A DNA stretch of 64,000 nucleotides from Antedon mediterranea. Its lineage: Eukaryota > Animalia > Echinodermata. This document shows positions 1-11,399 of this stretch, one piece after another (position 1 is the first letter of the stretch; every line of letters begins with the position of its first letter). The stretch covers positions 992,001 through 1,056,000 of the forward strand of contig NC_092674.1 in assembly GCF_964355755.1 (NCBI RefSeq), given 5' to 3'. The notes under the pieces were generated by a model. That model saw only the letters and a program-made list of their open reading frames with translations. It was not told the origin of the DNA and made no database searches. Made by a program: the position numbers and the translations under genes.

Positions 1-1852
1 TAGTAAAACACAGTGCTAAATTGCTATGTAAATGTCATTTATCATATTATTAAATGTTTCCTATTCTATATCATTGTGCTTTACCATAACCAAATTGGTT
101 ATAGTAAAACACAGTGATAAATTGCTATGTAAATGTCATTTATCATATTATTAAATGTTTCCTATTCTATATCATTGTGTTTTACTATAACCAAATTGGT
201 TATAGTAAAACACAGTGCTAAATTGCTATGTAAATAATCATTATTATTAAATATTTCCTATTCTTTATCATTGTGTTTTACTCTAACCAAATTGGTTATA
301 GTAAAACACAGTGCTAAATTGCTATGTAAATGTCATATATCATATTATTAAATTCCTATTCTTTATCATTCTGCTTTACTTTAACCAAATTGGTTATAGT
401 AAAACACAGTGCTAAATTGCTATGTAAATGTCATTTATCATATTATTAAGTGTTTCCTATTCTTTATCATTGTGTTTTACTTTAACCAAATTGGTTATAG
501 TAAAACACAGTGCTAAATTGCTATGTAAATGTCATTTATCAAATTATTAAATGTTTCCTATTCTATATCATTGTGTTTTACTCTAACCAAATTGGTTATA
601 GTAAAACACAGTGCTAAATTGCTATGTGAATGTCATATATCATATTATTAAATGTTTCCTATTCTTTATCATTGTGTTTTACTCTAACCAAATTGGTTAT
701 AGTAAAACACAGTGCTAAATTGCTATGTAAATAATCATTATTATTAAATGTTTCCTATTCTTTATCATTGTGTTTTACTATAACCAAATTGGTTATAGTA
801 AAACACAGTGATAAATTGCTATGTAAATGTCATTTATCAATACAGTGTCCCTTTGGAAGACGAAAAAAAAATTGGCCATTAATCATAGCCATTTCAGTTT
901 TTTGTTTATTTTAAAACATACCACACGTGTGTGAAGGTACAGTAGTTAAATAATAGGAATTATACTGCAAATTAATAAAGATCAAATTAAATATACGCCA
1001 TAAAGAATCAGAATATATTGTGGGGAATAGTATTATAAAATTACATAGGGAGATTTGATAAGACATTTTTCGAGTGAAATCCCGATAGCTGAGTTTTATT
1101 GAGTAAGCTTGCAGGAATAACTGTAGGCTATCTTCCTGTGTCCCGTTAGGACCGAGATGTCTGCCCATGTTGCAAGCCGTAATGTCTTCTTTCTTGGGCC
1201 CACTCTGTCACGGCAGTTAGTTTCAAAAGATGATTAAATTAAATAATGTATTAATAATTATTAGGATGGTATTCATTTGAATAAACGCCTCTCCAATAAA
1301 ACATCACTTTGAATAATAACACCCCCCCCCCCACAACCCAACTATCTAATAAACGTCCATCCACATATTTATAATAACACAATTATACTATTTGTAGTAG
1401 AATTCACCGCACTGTTATCTGCAATTTACCAAGCATTTGTTATTCTTTTTTACCACTTTTCATATCTATGAGAGGATTTCATTTGATTATAAATGTTACC
1501 ATATTATTAGAACTAAAAAATTTAACATATATCCCTCGAATAAGCACCTCCCTCAAATGACCTCCGCCTCCCCAAAGGGCCCTACCAAACAATAAAAACT
1601 ATACTTTAAAATGTTATTAATCATCTAAAACACTGTGAAACAAAGTAGTTCAGTTTTACGAATGTCAAGCATTTTCAATAATTGTAACCGACAGAAAATG
1701 TATAAGGAGAACATTATCATTCCGAGAACCATCGTCTACACTTCCTAGAGGGGGAGCGAGCGAAGCGAGCTCACCCTCTAGTATTATTAAATGTTTCCTA
1801 TTCTTTATCATTGTGTTTTACTCTAACCAAATTGGTTATTGTAAAACACAGT
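1..1852. repeat. ~101-bp minisatellite (about 8 copies at 1-839, final partial copy at 1782-1852), interrupted by a Helitron-like insertion
   Basis: Unit tagtaaaacacagtgctaaattgctatgtaaatgtcatttatcatattattaaatgtttcctattc...aaccaaattggtta recurs at 1, 102, 203...; the unit broken at ~839 resumes at 1782 (tattattaaatgtttcc). Confidence 0.95.
837..1781 (+). mobile_element. Non-autonomous Helitron-like element (5'-shortened relative to the copy at 28474-30216)
   Basis: Ends in GC-rich hairpin gagcgagcgaagcgagctc followed by ccctCTAG|T; inserted between A and T without TSD; 942-1781 is near-identical to 29365-30216 and 837-870 matches 28861-28895. Confidence 0.7.
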
Positions 1853-1989
1853 ATATTTTACCTCAACAACATCGCCGCAAAATTGTTTATACGTTTATTT
1901 TGATTGGCTAACTAAAGTACGGTCTAATGAATATTGATATCAGAAGATTCCCTAGCTTAGTGAAAAAGTTTTATTACCAAAAATATGCT

Positions 1990-2367
1990 GATTACGTCAC
2001 TACCGGAAGTTGTAGTCTAGCATGATGCAGACGCAATTGATTATGTACGTTTGTTAAACATATAAAAAGCTGTAAATTACCACAAAACGACAATAGGAAA
2101 GAATTCAAAGAAATGCCCTACGTGTTCAAAATCATTGTTTTAATATAGTCTGTATGTATAACTAACAATTGACCTTGTGGAAGAGCGTATAAATTTAATT
2201 TAAAGTAAAACATGATTTACTCGCCAATTTGGTATTGGATATATAGCTCGAATACAATGGTGTCGTTGTCGTGTTGTTACGCATAAACGTAAATCACATT
2301 TATTTTTACCACAACCCACACGCCGCCCTCTTGCGAGGAGATACATGAAAATTAAAACATGGCGGCT
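1990..2367 (+). promoter_or_regulatory. Probable ZRSR2 promoter region (CRE-like ttacgtca, ETS ccggaagt, YY1-like aaaacatggcggc overlapping the ATG)
   Basis: CpG-richer segment upstream of the start codon with housekeeping-type motifs at ~1992, 2003-2010 and 2355-2367. Confidence 0.4.
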
Positions 2368-5300
2368 TCCATGCAAAAATTAAAGTAAATTTTTGTTTGT
2401 AAATTTCTACCACATTTCAAAAGATTAAATAAATAATAGATAGAAATAGTTCAAAATATTGTTCTTGTAATTAAAATTATAATAATATAAAATTGTAAAT
2501 AATATGCTAAGCTAGAGTTAGTTTTTAGGCCCTCTCTTGCCGCGAGTCTCGCCTGGCTCAGTTTAGGCTGCTGGTGGTCTAGAAAGTAACAATTTACCTC
2601 CAGAGAGCTGGTAGACTAGGTAGGGACCTAGGCCTAGCCTACCTAGCAGTAGGTGGACCTAGCCTAGTACTAAAACTATACCAAGTAAACAAAATGCTAA
2701 AGATTGTTCTTGGAAGACAACATGTTAATATTTCATAGCATATTAATTATAGCAATTCCATCTTTTTTATATTTTCAGTCACAAGCAATACAGAGCTTTG
2801 TTGAAAAAAGAAAAGAGAAAGAGAAAAAGACAAGAAGCAGCAAGACTTAGGCAAGGAGGTAATGTACTTTGATGATCACACCAGGGGGTTGATGGGTAGG
2901 AGGCAGGAAGGTCAGATTTCAAACTCCTGAACCTGCCTCTGAACACCTATTTTTAATTATAGTTGTGCACATCTATGTAATATTAAATTGTGTATTATTA
3001 TGACGAAAAAAATTTTCTACAAAACTTTGTCTACACTATCAAAAATAGAGACAAAAATTACAACAAATTATCATCTTAGACTAAGAGTACATTATTAAAA
3101 TCTAAACTATGTTAAAAATGAATTTATAAAATGGTCAACAATAAATTTTATCTAGGAAAAATACAATAATTATTGAGACACACTTTTAGTTGCTTTATAA
3201 CATTATTGTTTGTATATTTGTAATTTATTAGAAGAATCTTTACAAGGAAAAAGTGAAGATGAAGAAGAAGAAGAAAATGATTTACAAGAACAGGAGGAGG
3301 TTAAAAGGTAAAAAAAACAGTTTTAACAATTTCATTTTTTTTTATTAATCATTGAATGTGTTTGGAATTGATTGCTTTGGCTTATCAATATTTAAATTAT
3401 ATTGTTTATTAATCATTGAATGTGTGTGTCTTACCAATGATTTGTGTTTCTTTAGCCAGCTTCTTTAGTCTCAAATACTTTAGTACCGATATTGTGATAT
3501 ATCTGGATAGGTATCACATACTTCTCTTTGTTGTTTTTGTTTAGGGAAAGGGCTCATTGTGCCTGGCTTCAGAGAGAAAGAGTAGCACAGATTTTATTTG
3601 AAAAGAAAAAAGAACAAGAAACAGAATGGAAAGAACAGCAGAAGGAAGCTGAGGTAATGCTGACATTAAGACAAATAACATTTCTATCATGTGAACTTAT
3701 TTCATAGACAAATGAATAACACAACATAACAATATTTTATGATAATTTCAGAGAAAAATAGAGGAAGAATTGGAACGGCAGAAGGCCATGGAAGAAGAGT
3801 TCCTGAGTAGTAGCACTGCTAAGAAGACAAAGAAAGAGAAATTACTTGAGGTGAAAATGAGGACAAAAGGATAACAAGATTTCTATATCCACTATCAAAT
3901 TTTATTTGTTAATGTATTTTATATGTGTTTATTTTATATACAGTGTTATATTATTATAGGCACTACATCATACATACACATCATCATATCATTATTATCC
4001 TCATCATCATATCATTATTATCCTCATCATCATATTATTATTATCCTCATCATCATCATATTATTATTATCCTCATCATCATCATATCATTATTATCCTC
4101 ATCATCATATCATTATTATCCTTATCATCATATCATTATTATCCTCATCATCATATTATTATTATTATCCTCATCATCATCATATTATTATCCTCCTCCT
4201 CCTCATCATCTTTATCATTATTATTATCATCATCATCATATTATTATTATCCTCATCATCATCATTATCATCGTCATCATCATATCATTATTATCATCAT
4301 CATCATTGTCATCATCATCATTATTATCCTCCTCATCAGCATTACAGGAGATCAGAATCATTGTCAGATTACTCATCATCTTTATCAAAATCATTATCAT
4401 AATCATTGTCTGGTTTTTAGATTAAATACTATCTATTTATTACAATGTATTTCCTTAACTGCTGAAATGGATACTTGGTAAATTACACCTGTATGCAAAT
4501 GAAATGTTCCAGTTATTCACAGCTGATTCCTGTATCTTTTTATAATTAATATCAAGGACCTTTTTTTTTTTTAACCAGTGGCAGAAACTTTATTACTTTT
4601 GTTTCTTTTGTTCATTATATATAGATCATAAAATCTATTCACTGTTGTCTGATGTTCATCGTAAAATTGTTACTATCATCTTTGAATTTACAGTAAAATA
4701 ACATTCGACATAATGTTTTCCCAATAATTAATTTGCACACATTTGGTTTCCTACAATACTTAACATTTCCTTCAGCTTCTGTGAAATTTGTACATTCTAT
4801 ATATTTCCCAGGATGCTTTGCATATTTTAAGTGATGAGGATGATAGGAATGAGGAGAACATGGTAAGTAATTTGATCATTCTTATTTGCTTTAGCCAATC
4901 AAAACTACATTACCAACCCGTCTATTAATTGCAAGCTTTTTTTTTTCTTCAAACGGAGTAAATTCCTTATATTGATTCAGTTAATTTATTTTGCTCTTTT
5001 TTTTTGCTTTTCTCCATTAAATAGAATCAACCAACACATAATCCCGAAGCGCCAAAACATCTGGAAAGGAAACAAGAGGAGTGTATGTTTTATCTTAAAA
5101 CAGGAGCATGTCGATTCGGAAACAGGTCAGTTTTGTAAAAAAATCGTGATTAATTATGAAATTGAAATGCTGATGGTGGTTTTGATTGATATAATGAGTA
5201 AAAACCAATATTTTATCTTGTTCTGAAGGTGTTCATGTCATCATCCTTACCCTATTATTAGTACAACACTTTATCTTGTTGTGAAGGTGTTCACGTCATC

Positions 5301-8300
5301 CTCCTTACCCTATTATTAACCAATATGTTATCTTGTTCTGAAGGTGTTCACGTCATCATCCTTACCCTATTATTAACCAATATGTTATCTTGTTCTGAAG
5401 GTGTTCACGTCATCATCCTTACCCTATTATTAACCAATATGTTATCTTGTTCTGAAGGTGTTCACGTCATCATCCTTACCCTATTATTAGTACAACACTT
5501 TATCTTGTTCTGAAGGTGTTCACGTCATCATCCTTACCCTATTATTAACCAATATGTTATCTTGTTCTGAAGGTGTTCACGTCATCATCCTTACCCTATT
5601 ATTAACCAATATGTTATCTTGTTCTGAAGGTGTTCACGTCATCATCCTTACCCTATTATTAGTACAACACTTTATCTTGTTCTGAAGGTGTTCACGTCAT
5701 CATCCTTACCCTATTATTAGTACAACACTTTATCTTGTTGTGAAGGTGTTCACGTCATCATCCTTACCCTATTATTAACCAATATGTTATCTTGTTCTGA
5801 AGGTGTTCACGTCATCATCCTCACCCTATTATTAACCAATATGTTATCTTGTTCTGAAGGTGTTCACGTCATCATCCTTACCCTATTATTAGTACAACAT
5901 TTTATCTTGTTGTGAAGGTGTTCACGTCATCATCCTTACCCTATTATTAACCAATATGTTATCTTGTTGTGAAGGTGTTCACGTCATCATCCTTACCCTA
6001 TTATTAACCAATATGTTATCTTGTTCTGAAGGTGTTCACGTCATCATCCTTACCCTATTATTAACCAATATGTTATCTTGTTCTGAAGGTGTTCACGTCA
6101 TCATCCTTACCCTATTATTAGTACAACACTTTATCTTGTTCTGAAGGTGTTCACGTCATCATCCTTACCCTATTATTAACCAATATGTTATCTTGTTCTG
6201 AAGGTGTTCACGTCATCATCCTCACCCTATTATTAACCAATATGTTATCTTGTTCTGAAGGTGTTCACGTCATCATCCTTACCCTATTATTAGTACAACA
6301 CTTTATCTTGTTCTGAAGGTGTTCACGTCATCAGCCTTACCTTATTATTAGTACAACACTTTATCTTGTTGTGAAGGTGTTCACGTCATCATCCTTACCC
6401 TATTATTAGTACAACACTTTATCTTGTTCTGAAGGTGTTCACGTCATCATCCTTACCCTATTATTAGTACAACACTTTATCTTGTTGTGAAGGTGTTTAC
6501 GTCATCATCCTTACCCTATTATTAACCAATATGTTATCTTGTTCTGAAGGTGTTCACGTCATCATCCTTACCCTATTATTAACCAATATGTTATCTTGTT
6601 CTGAAGGTGTTCACGTCATCATCCTTACCCTATTATTAGTACAACACTTTATCTTGTTCTGAAGGTGTTCACGTCATCATCCTTACCTTATTATTAGTAC
6701 AACACTTTATCTTGTTCTGAAGGTGTTCACGTCATCATCCTTACCCTATTATTAGTACAACACTTTATCTTGTTCTGAAGGTGTTCACGTCATCATCCTT
6801 ACCCTATTATTAACCAATATGTTATCTTGTTCTGAAGGTGTTCACGTCATCATCCTTACCCTATTATTAACCAATATGTTATCTTGTTCTGAAGGTGTTC
6901 ACGTCATCATCCTTACCCTATTATTAGTAAAACACTTTATCTTGTTCTGAAGGTGTTCACGTCATCATCCTTACCCTATTATTAACCAATATGTTATCTT
7001 GTTCTGAAGGTGTTCACGTCATCATCCTCACCCTATTATTAACCAATATGTTATCTTGTTCTGAAGGTGTTCACGTCATCCTCCTTACCCTATTATTAGT
7101 ACAACACTTTATCTTGTTCTGAAGGTGTTCACGTCATCATCCTTACCCTATTATTAGTACAACACTTTATCTTGTTCTGAAGGTGTTCACGTCATCATCC
7201 TTACCCTATTATTAACCAATATGTTATCTTGTTGTGAAGGTGTTCACGTCATCATCCTTACCCTATTATTAACCAATATGTTATCTTGTTCTGAAGGTGT
7301 TCACGTCATCATCCTTACCCTATTATTAACCAATATGTTATCTTGTTCTAAAGGTGTTCACGTCATCATCCTTACCCTATTATTAACCAATATGTTATCT
7401 TGTTCTGAAGGTGTTCACGTCATCATCCTTACCCTATTATTAACCAATATGTTATCTTGTTCTGAAGGTGTTCACGTCATCATCCTCACCCTATTATTAA
7501 CCAATGTGTTATCTTGTTCTGAAGGTGTTCACGTCATCATCCTTACCCTATTATTAGTACAACACTTTATCTTGTTCTGAAGGTGTTCACGTCATCATCC
7601 TTACCTTATTATTAGTACAACACTTTATCTTGTTCTGAAGGTGTTCACGTCATCATCCTTACCCTATTATTAGTACAACACTTTATCTTGTTCTGAAGGT
7701 GTTCACGTCATCCTCCTTACCCTATTATTAACCAATATGTTATCTTGTTCTGAAGGTGTTCACGTCATCATCCTTACCCTATTATTAACCAATATGTTAT
7801 CTTGTTCTGAAGGTGTTCACGTCATCATCCTTACCCTATTATTAACCAATATGTTATCTTGTTCTGAAGGTGTTCACGTCATCATCCTTACCCTATTATT
7901 AGTAAAACACTTTATCTTGTTCTGAAGGTGTTCACGTCATCATCCTTACCCTATTATTAACCAATATGTTATCTTGTTCTGAAGGTGTTCACGTCATCAT
8001 CCTCACCCTATTATTAACCAATATGTTATCTTGTTCTGAAGGTGTTCACGTCATCCTCCTTACCCTATTATTAGTACAACACTTTATCTTGTTCTGAAGG
8101 TGTTCACGTCATCATCCTTACCCTATTATTAGTACAACACTTTATCTTGTTCTGAAGGTGTTCACGTCATCATCCTTACCCTATTATTAACCAATATGTT
8201 ATCTTGTTGTGAAGGTGTTCACGTCATCATCCTTACCCTATTATTAACCAATATGTTATCTTGTTCTGAAGGTGTTCACGTCATCATCCTTACCCTATTA

Positions 8301-11114
8301 TTAACCAATATGTTATCTTGTTCTAAAGGTGTTCACGTCATCATCCTTACCCTATTATTAACCAATATGTTATCTTGTTCTGAAGGTGTTCACGTCATCA
8401 TCCTTACCCTATTATTAACCAATATGTTATCTTGTTCTGAAGGTGTTCACGTCATCATCCTCACCCTATTATTAACCAATGTGTTATCTTGTTCTGAAGG
8501 TGTTCACGTCATCATCCTTACCCTATTATTAGTACAACACTTTATCTTGTTCTGCAGGTGTTCACGTCATCATCCTTACCCTATTATTAGTACAACACTT
8601 TATCTTGTTCTGAAGGTGTTCACGTCATCCTCCTTACCCTATTATTAGTACAACACTTTATCTTGTTCTGAAGGTGTTCACGTCATCATCCTTACCCTAT
8701 TATTAACCAATATGTTATCTTGTTCCGAAGGTGTTCACGTCATCCTCCTTACCCTATTATTAGTACAACACTTTATCTTGTTCTGAAGGTGTTCACGTCA
8801 TCATCCTTACCCTATTATTAACCAATATGTTATCTTGTTCTGAAGGTGTTCACGTCATCATCCTTACCCTATTATTAACCAATATGTTATCTTGTTCTGA
8901 AGGTGTTCACGTCATCATCCTCACCCTATTATTAACAAATATGTTATCTTGTTCTGAAGGTGTTCACGTCATCATCCTCACCCTATTATTAACCAATATT
9001 TTATCTTGTTCTGAAGGTGTTCACGTCATCATCCTTACCCTATTATTAGTACAACACTTTTAATACGAGGTATGTTCACATGTTATTCTATGGAGCAAAG
9101 CTATAGAGATGAGTATGATGCTGATATTGCACTAGAGTTTGATGAAACAGAAACTCACACAGCCTTCCTTGAATTCTATGATGATGTGTTAGCAGAGTTC
9201 AGAAAAGCTGGCAAGGTTGTTCAGTTTAAGGTATACAATCTGTTTTTCTGCATACAATGATAACATTTTCATAAATACAATAACAAAAAGAAAGCAAAAA
9301 ATTATCAATTATTAAAATTTTATTTCAACTAGGTGTGTAAAAATTGGGAATCTCATTTGCGAGGTAATGTGTATGTTGAGTTTGAAAGCGAGGCAAGTTG
9401 TAGCAGTGCTTTCAGTATGTTTAACGCCAGATTCTACGCAGGTAGACAGATGTCGTGTGAATACTCCCCAGTAACTAATTGGAAAGCTGCTATTTGTGGT
9501 AAGTATATCTTATCAATAAATATTCAAATGCATTTAAATAATTGTGTACTGCATTCTATGTGTTTTATATTTTGTTGTGGTATTGAGTGGCACCGGATAC
9601 TTGTTTGGGTTCAATTCCTGTACTGGTAAAATATTTAATTTTGCAATTTATTTTGATTAAATGCTCAAATTTTACCAATTATTTTAAGTACATCAAATCT
9701 TTATAAATTCTTTTCTTCTATAGGTTTGTTTTACCAGAAGAAATGCCCAAAAGGAAAGAATTGCAATTTTCTTCATGTATTCAGAAATCCAGGAAATGAG
9801 TTTTTCGAGTCTGATCGAGCATCAGGTATGAGGGGTTCACAGAGAGGGGATTGGAGCAGTCGGCGGTCACATATGGGAAGTGAAAGAAGTTTCAGGACTC
9901 GCCATAGATGGCATTCAAGAGATGATGAAAGAGAGTATAGTAGGCGGCGACACAGAAGTAGAAGCAAAGACCGGCGGCGTAGAGGGAGCAAGGAGAGAAG
10001 AAGGAGCAGAAGTCACAGTAGGGAAAGAAATAGAAGTAAGAGTAGAGAAAGGCACAGAAAAAGGAAGAAAAATCAAAGTAAAGAAAGATATTCAAACAGG
10101 GATGATGTCAAGAGAAGTGAACGTAGCAGAAGTAAAGATAGATCAAGAAGTAAAAGCAGAGAGAGAAAACAAATTAAAGGAAGAAGTAGTAAAAGTAGAG
10201 ATAGATCAAGAAGTAACAGCAAAGAGAAAAAACAAATTAAAGGACGAAGTAGCAGAAGTAGAGATAGATCAAGAAGTAACAGCAGAGAGAGAAAACAAAT
10301 TAAAGAAAGAAGTAGCAGAAGTAGAGATAGATCAAGAAGTAACAGCAGAGAGAGAAAAGAAATTAAAGGAAGAAGTAGCAAAAGTAAAGATAGATCAAGA
10401 AGTAACAGCAGAGAGAAAAAACAAATTAAAGGACGAAGTAGTAAAAGTAGAGATAGATCAAGAAGTAACAGCAGAGAGAGAAAACAAATTAAAGAAAGAA
10501 GTAGCAGAAGTAGAGATAGATCAAGAAGTAACAGCAGAGAGAAAAAACAAATAAAAGGAAGAAGTAGCAGAAGTAGAGATAGATCAAGAAGTAACAGCAG
10601 AGAAAGAAAGCAAGAGATGCGCAAAGAAAGAAGGTCTCGTAGTCAAAGTAGAGAAACAGCACATTATCAAATACACAGTAATTCCACAAGTCCAGAAGAA
10701 CGTTCTAGAAGATCTAGAAGTTGCAGCAGAGAAGCAATTCAACGTTCAAAAAGATCACAAAGTAGAAAAAGAGACGGTAAAAAGCAAAGTCATTCAAAGA
10801 GTAATTCTATAAATTCAATTTACGAGAGAGAAATAAAACTTGAAAAAATACCGAAACAAGCATCACCTAACCAAATGGATAGATCTGGGAGCAGTCCATT
10901 AGAAGGGTCAAAAGGGTCATGTCAGAAAGAAACAAACTTTATAGTAAGCAATATTAAACAATTGCTAGAAGAGAAATACATGAATAAACATAAAAAATCG
11001 AAGCATAAAAAACACAAGAAAGACAAAAGGGTTAATACAAAACTTAACGAAATGATTGATGATCATAATTCAGAAAGTGGAAAAAAGTCTGCTAAGAATG
11101 GTAAAGATTATTAA
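2359..11114 (+). CDS. ZRSR2: U2AF35-related splicing factor ZRSR2/URP (coiled coil, CCCH zinc finger, UHM/RRM, CCCH zinc finger, long RS domain); 10 coding exons
   Basis: Exons ~2359-2384, 2779-2858, 3232-3307, 3545-3653, 3752-3850, 4812-4862, 5025-5125, 9017-9230, 9333-9498, 9724-11114, all GT-AG. Translation gives [124 protein letters not shown], matching vertebrate ZRSR2 motifs. Confidence 0.95.
3962..4405. repeat. Low-complexity (TCA/TTA)n compound microsatellite in ZRSR2 intron 5
   Basis: Degenerate catcatatcattattatcct repeats; the two overlapping ORFs are artefacts. Confidence 0.9.
5203..9060 (+). repeat. 57/58-bp tandem array (~67 copies) built from the ZRSR2 intron 7 acceptor plus the start of exon 8
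   Basis: Unit ttatcttgttctgaAG|gtgttcacgtcatcatccttaccctattatta followed by accaatatg (57 bp) or gtacaacact (58 bp); last copy runs directly into the unique coding exon (CSRHHPYPIISTTLLIRGMF). Confidence 0.97.
10128..10610 (+). repeat. Coding 60-bp tandem repeat (~8 copies) in the ZRSR2 RS domain
   Basis: 20-aa unit SRDRSRSNSRERKQIKERSS / SKDRSRSNSREKKQIKGRSS in ORF 9726-11114. Confidence 0.9.
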
Positions 11115-11399
11115 CATTTAAAGACAAGACTAACTATGTCAAAGAATTTTATTGATAAATAAAAGTTGTTTGTGTATCAATGTTTTTCTTCAGTACTACG
11201 TGTCTACAAACCTTATGTGACAACAATGTAATATGCCCATATATGGATATGATGATGTCATCACTACTATATTTGGGCATATCACTACCATATTTGGGCA
11301 CATTTTTTAGACATAGCTTTACAAACATTTTTATGTACATGTTGAGGTACAATATAAAAACCAACTTGGCATTTACCACCTTCGCTTTGCCTTGCTCTA

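Noticed and set aside
2870-2942. C/D box snoRNA (tgatga...ctga) in ZRSR2 intron 2
   Set aside because: Only ~12 nt from the donor, no terminal stem; resembles a decayed short MITE.
3923-4425. His/Ile/Ser-rich ORFs
   Set aside because: Trinucleotide low-complexity intron sequence.
5203-9060. CRISPR array or repeat protein (MLSCSEGVHVIILTLLLTN ORFs)
   Set aside because: No unique spacers, eukaryotic intron context; ORFs arise because 57 is divisible by 3 and are not in the ZRSR2 frame.
9231-9332. U12-type intron in ZRSR2 (gtatac start)
   Set aside because: Does not match GTATCCTT and no TCCTTAAC branch site seen.
9570-9628. tRNA-like B box gggttcaattcc in ZRSR2 intron 9
   Set aside because: Too degenerate; at most a SINE relic.
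9880-10689. Overlapping alternative-frame and antisense ORFs over the RS domain
   Set aside because: Expected by-product of a purine-rich 60-bp coding repeat; no independent gene signals.
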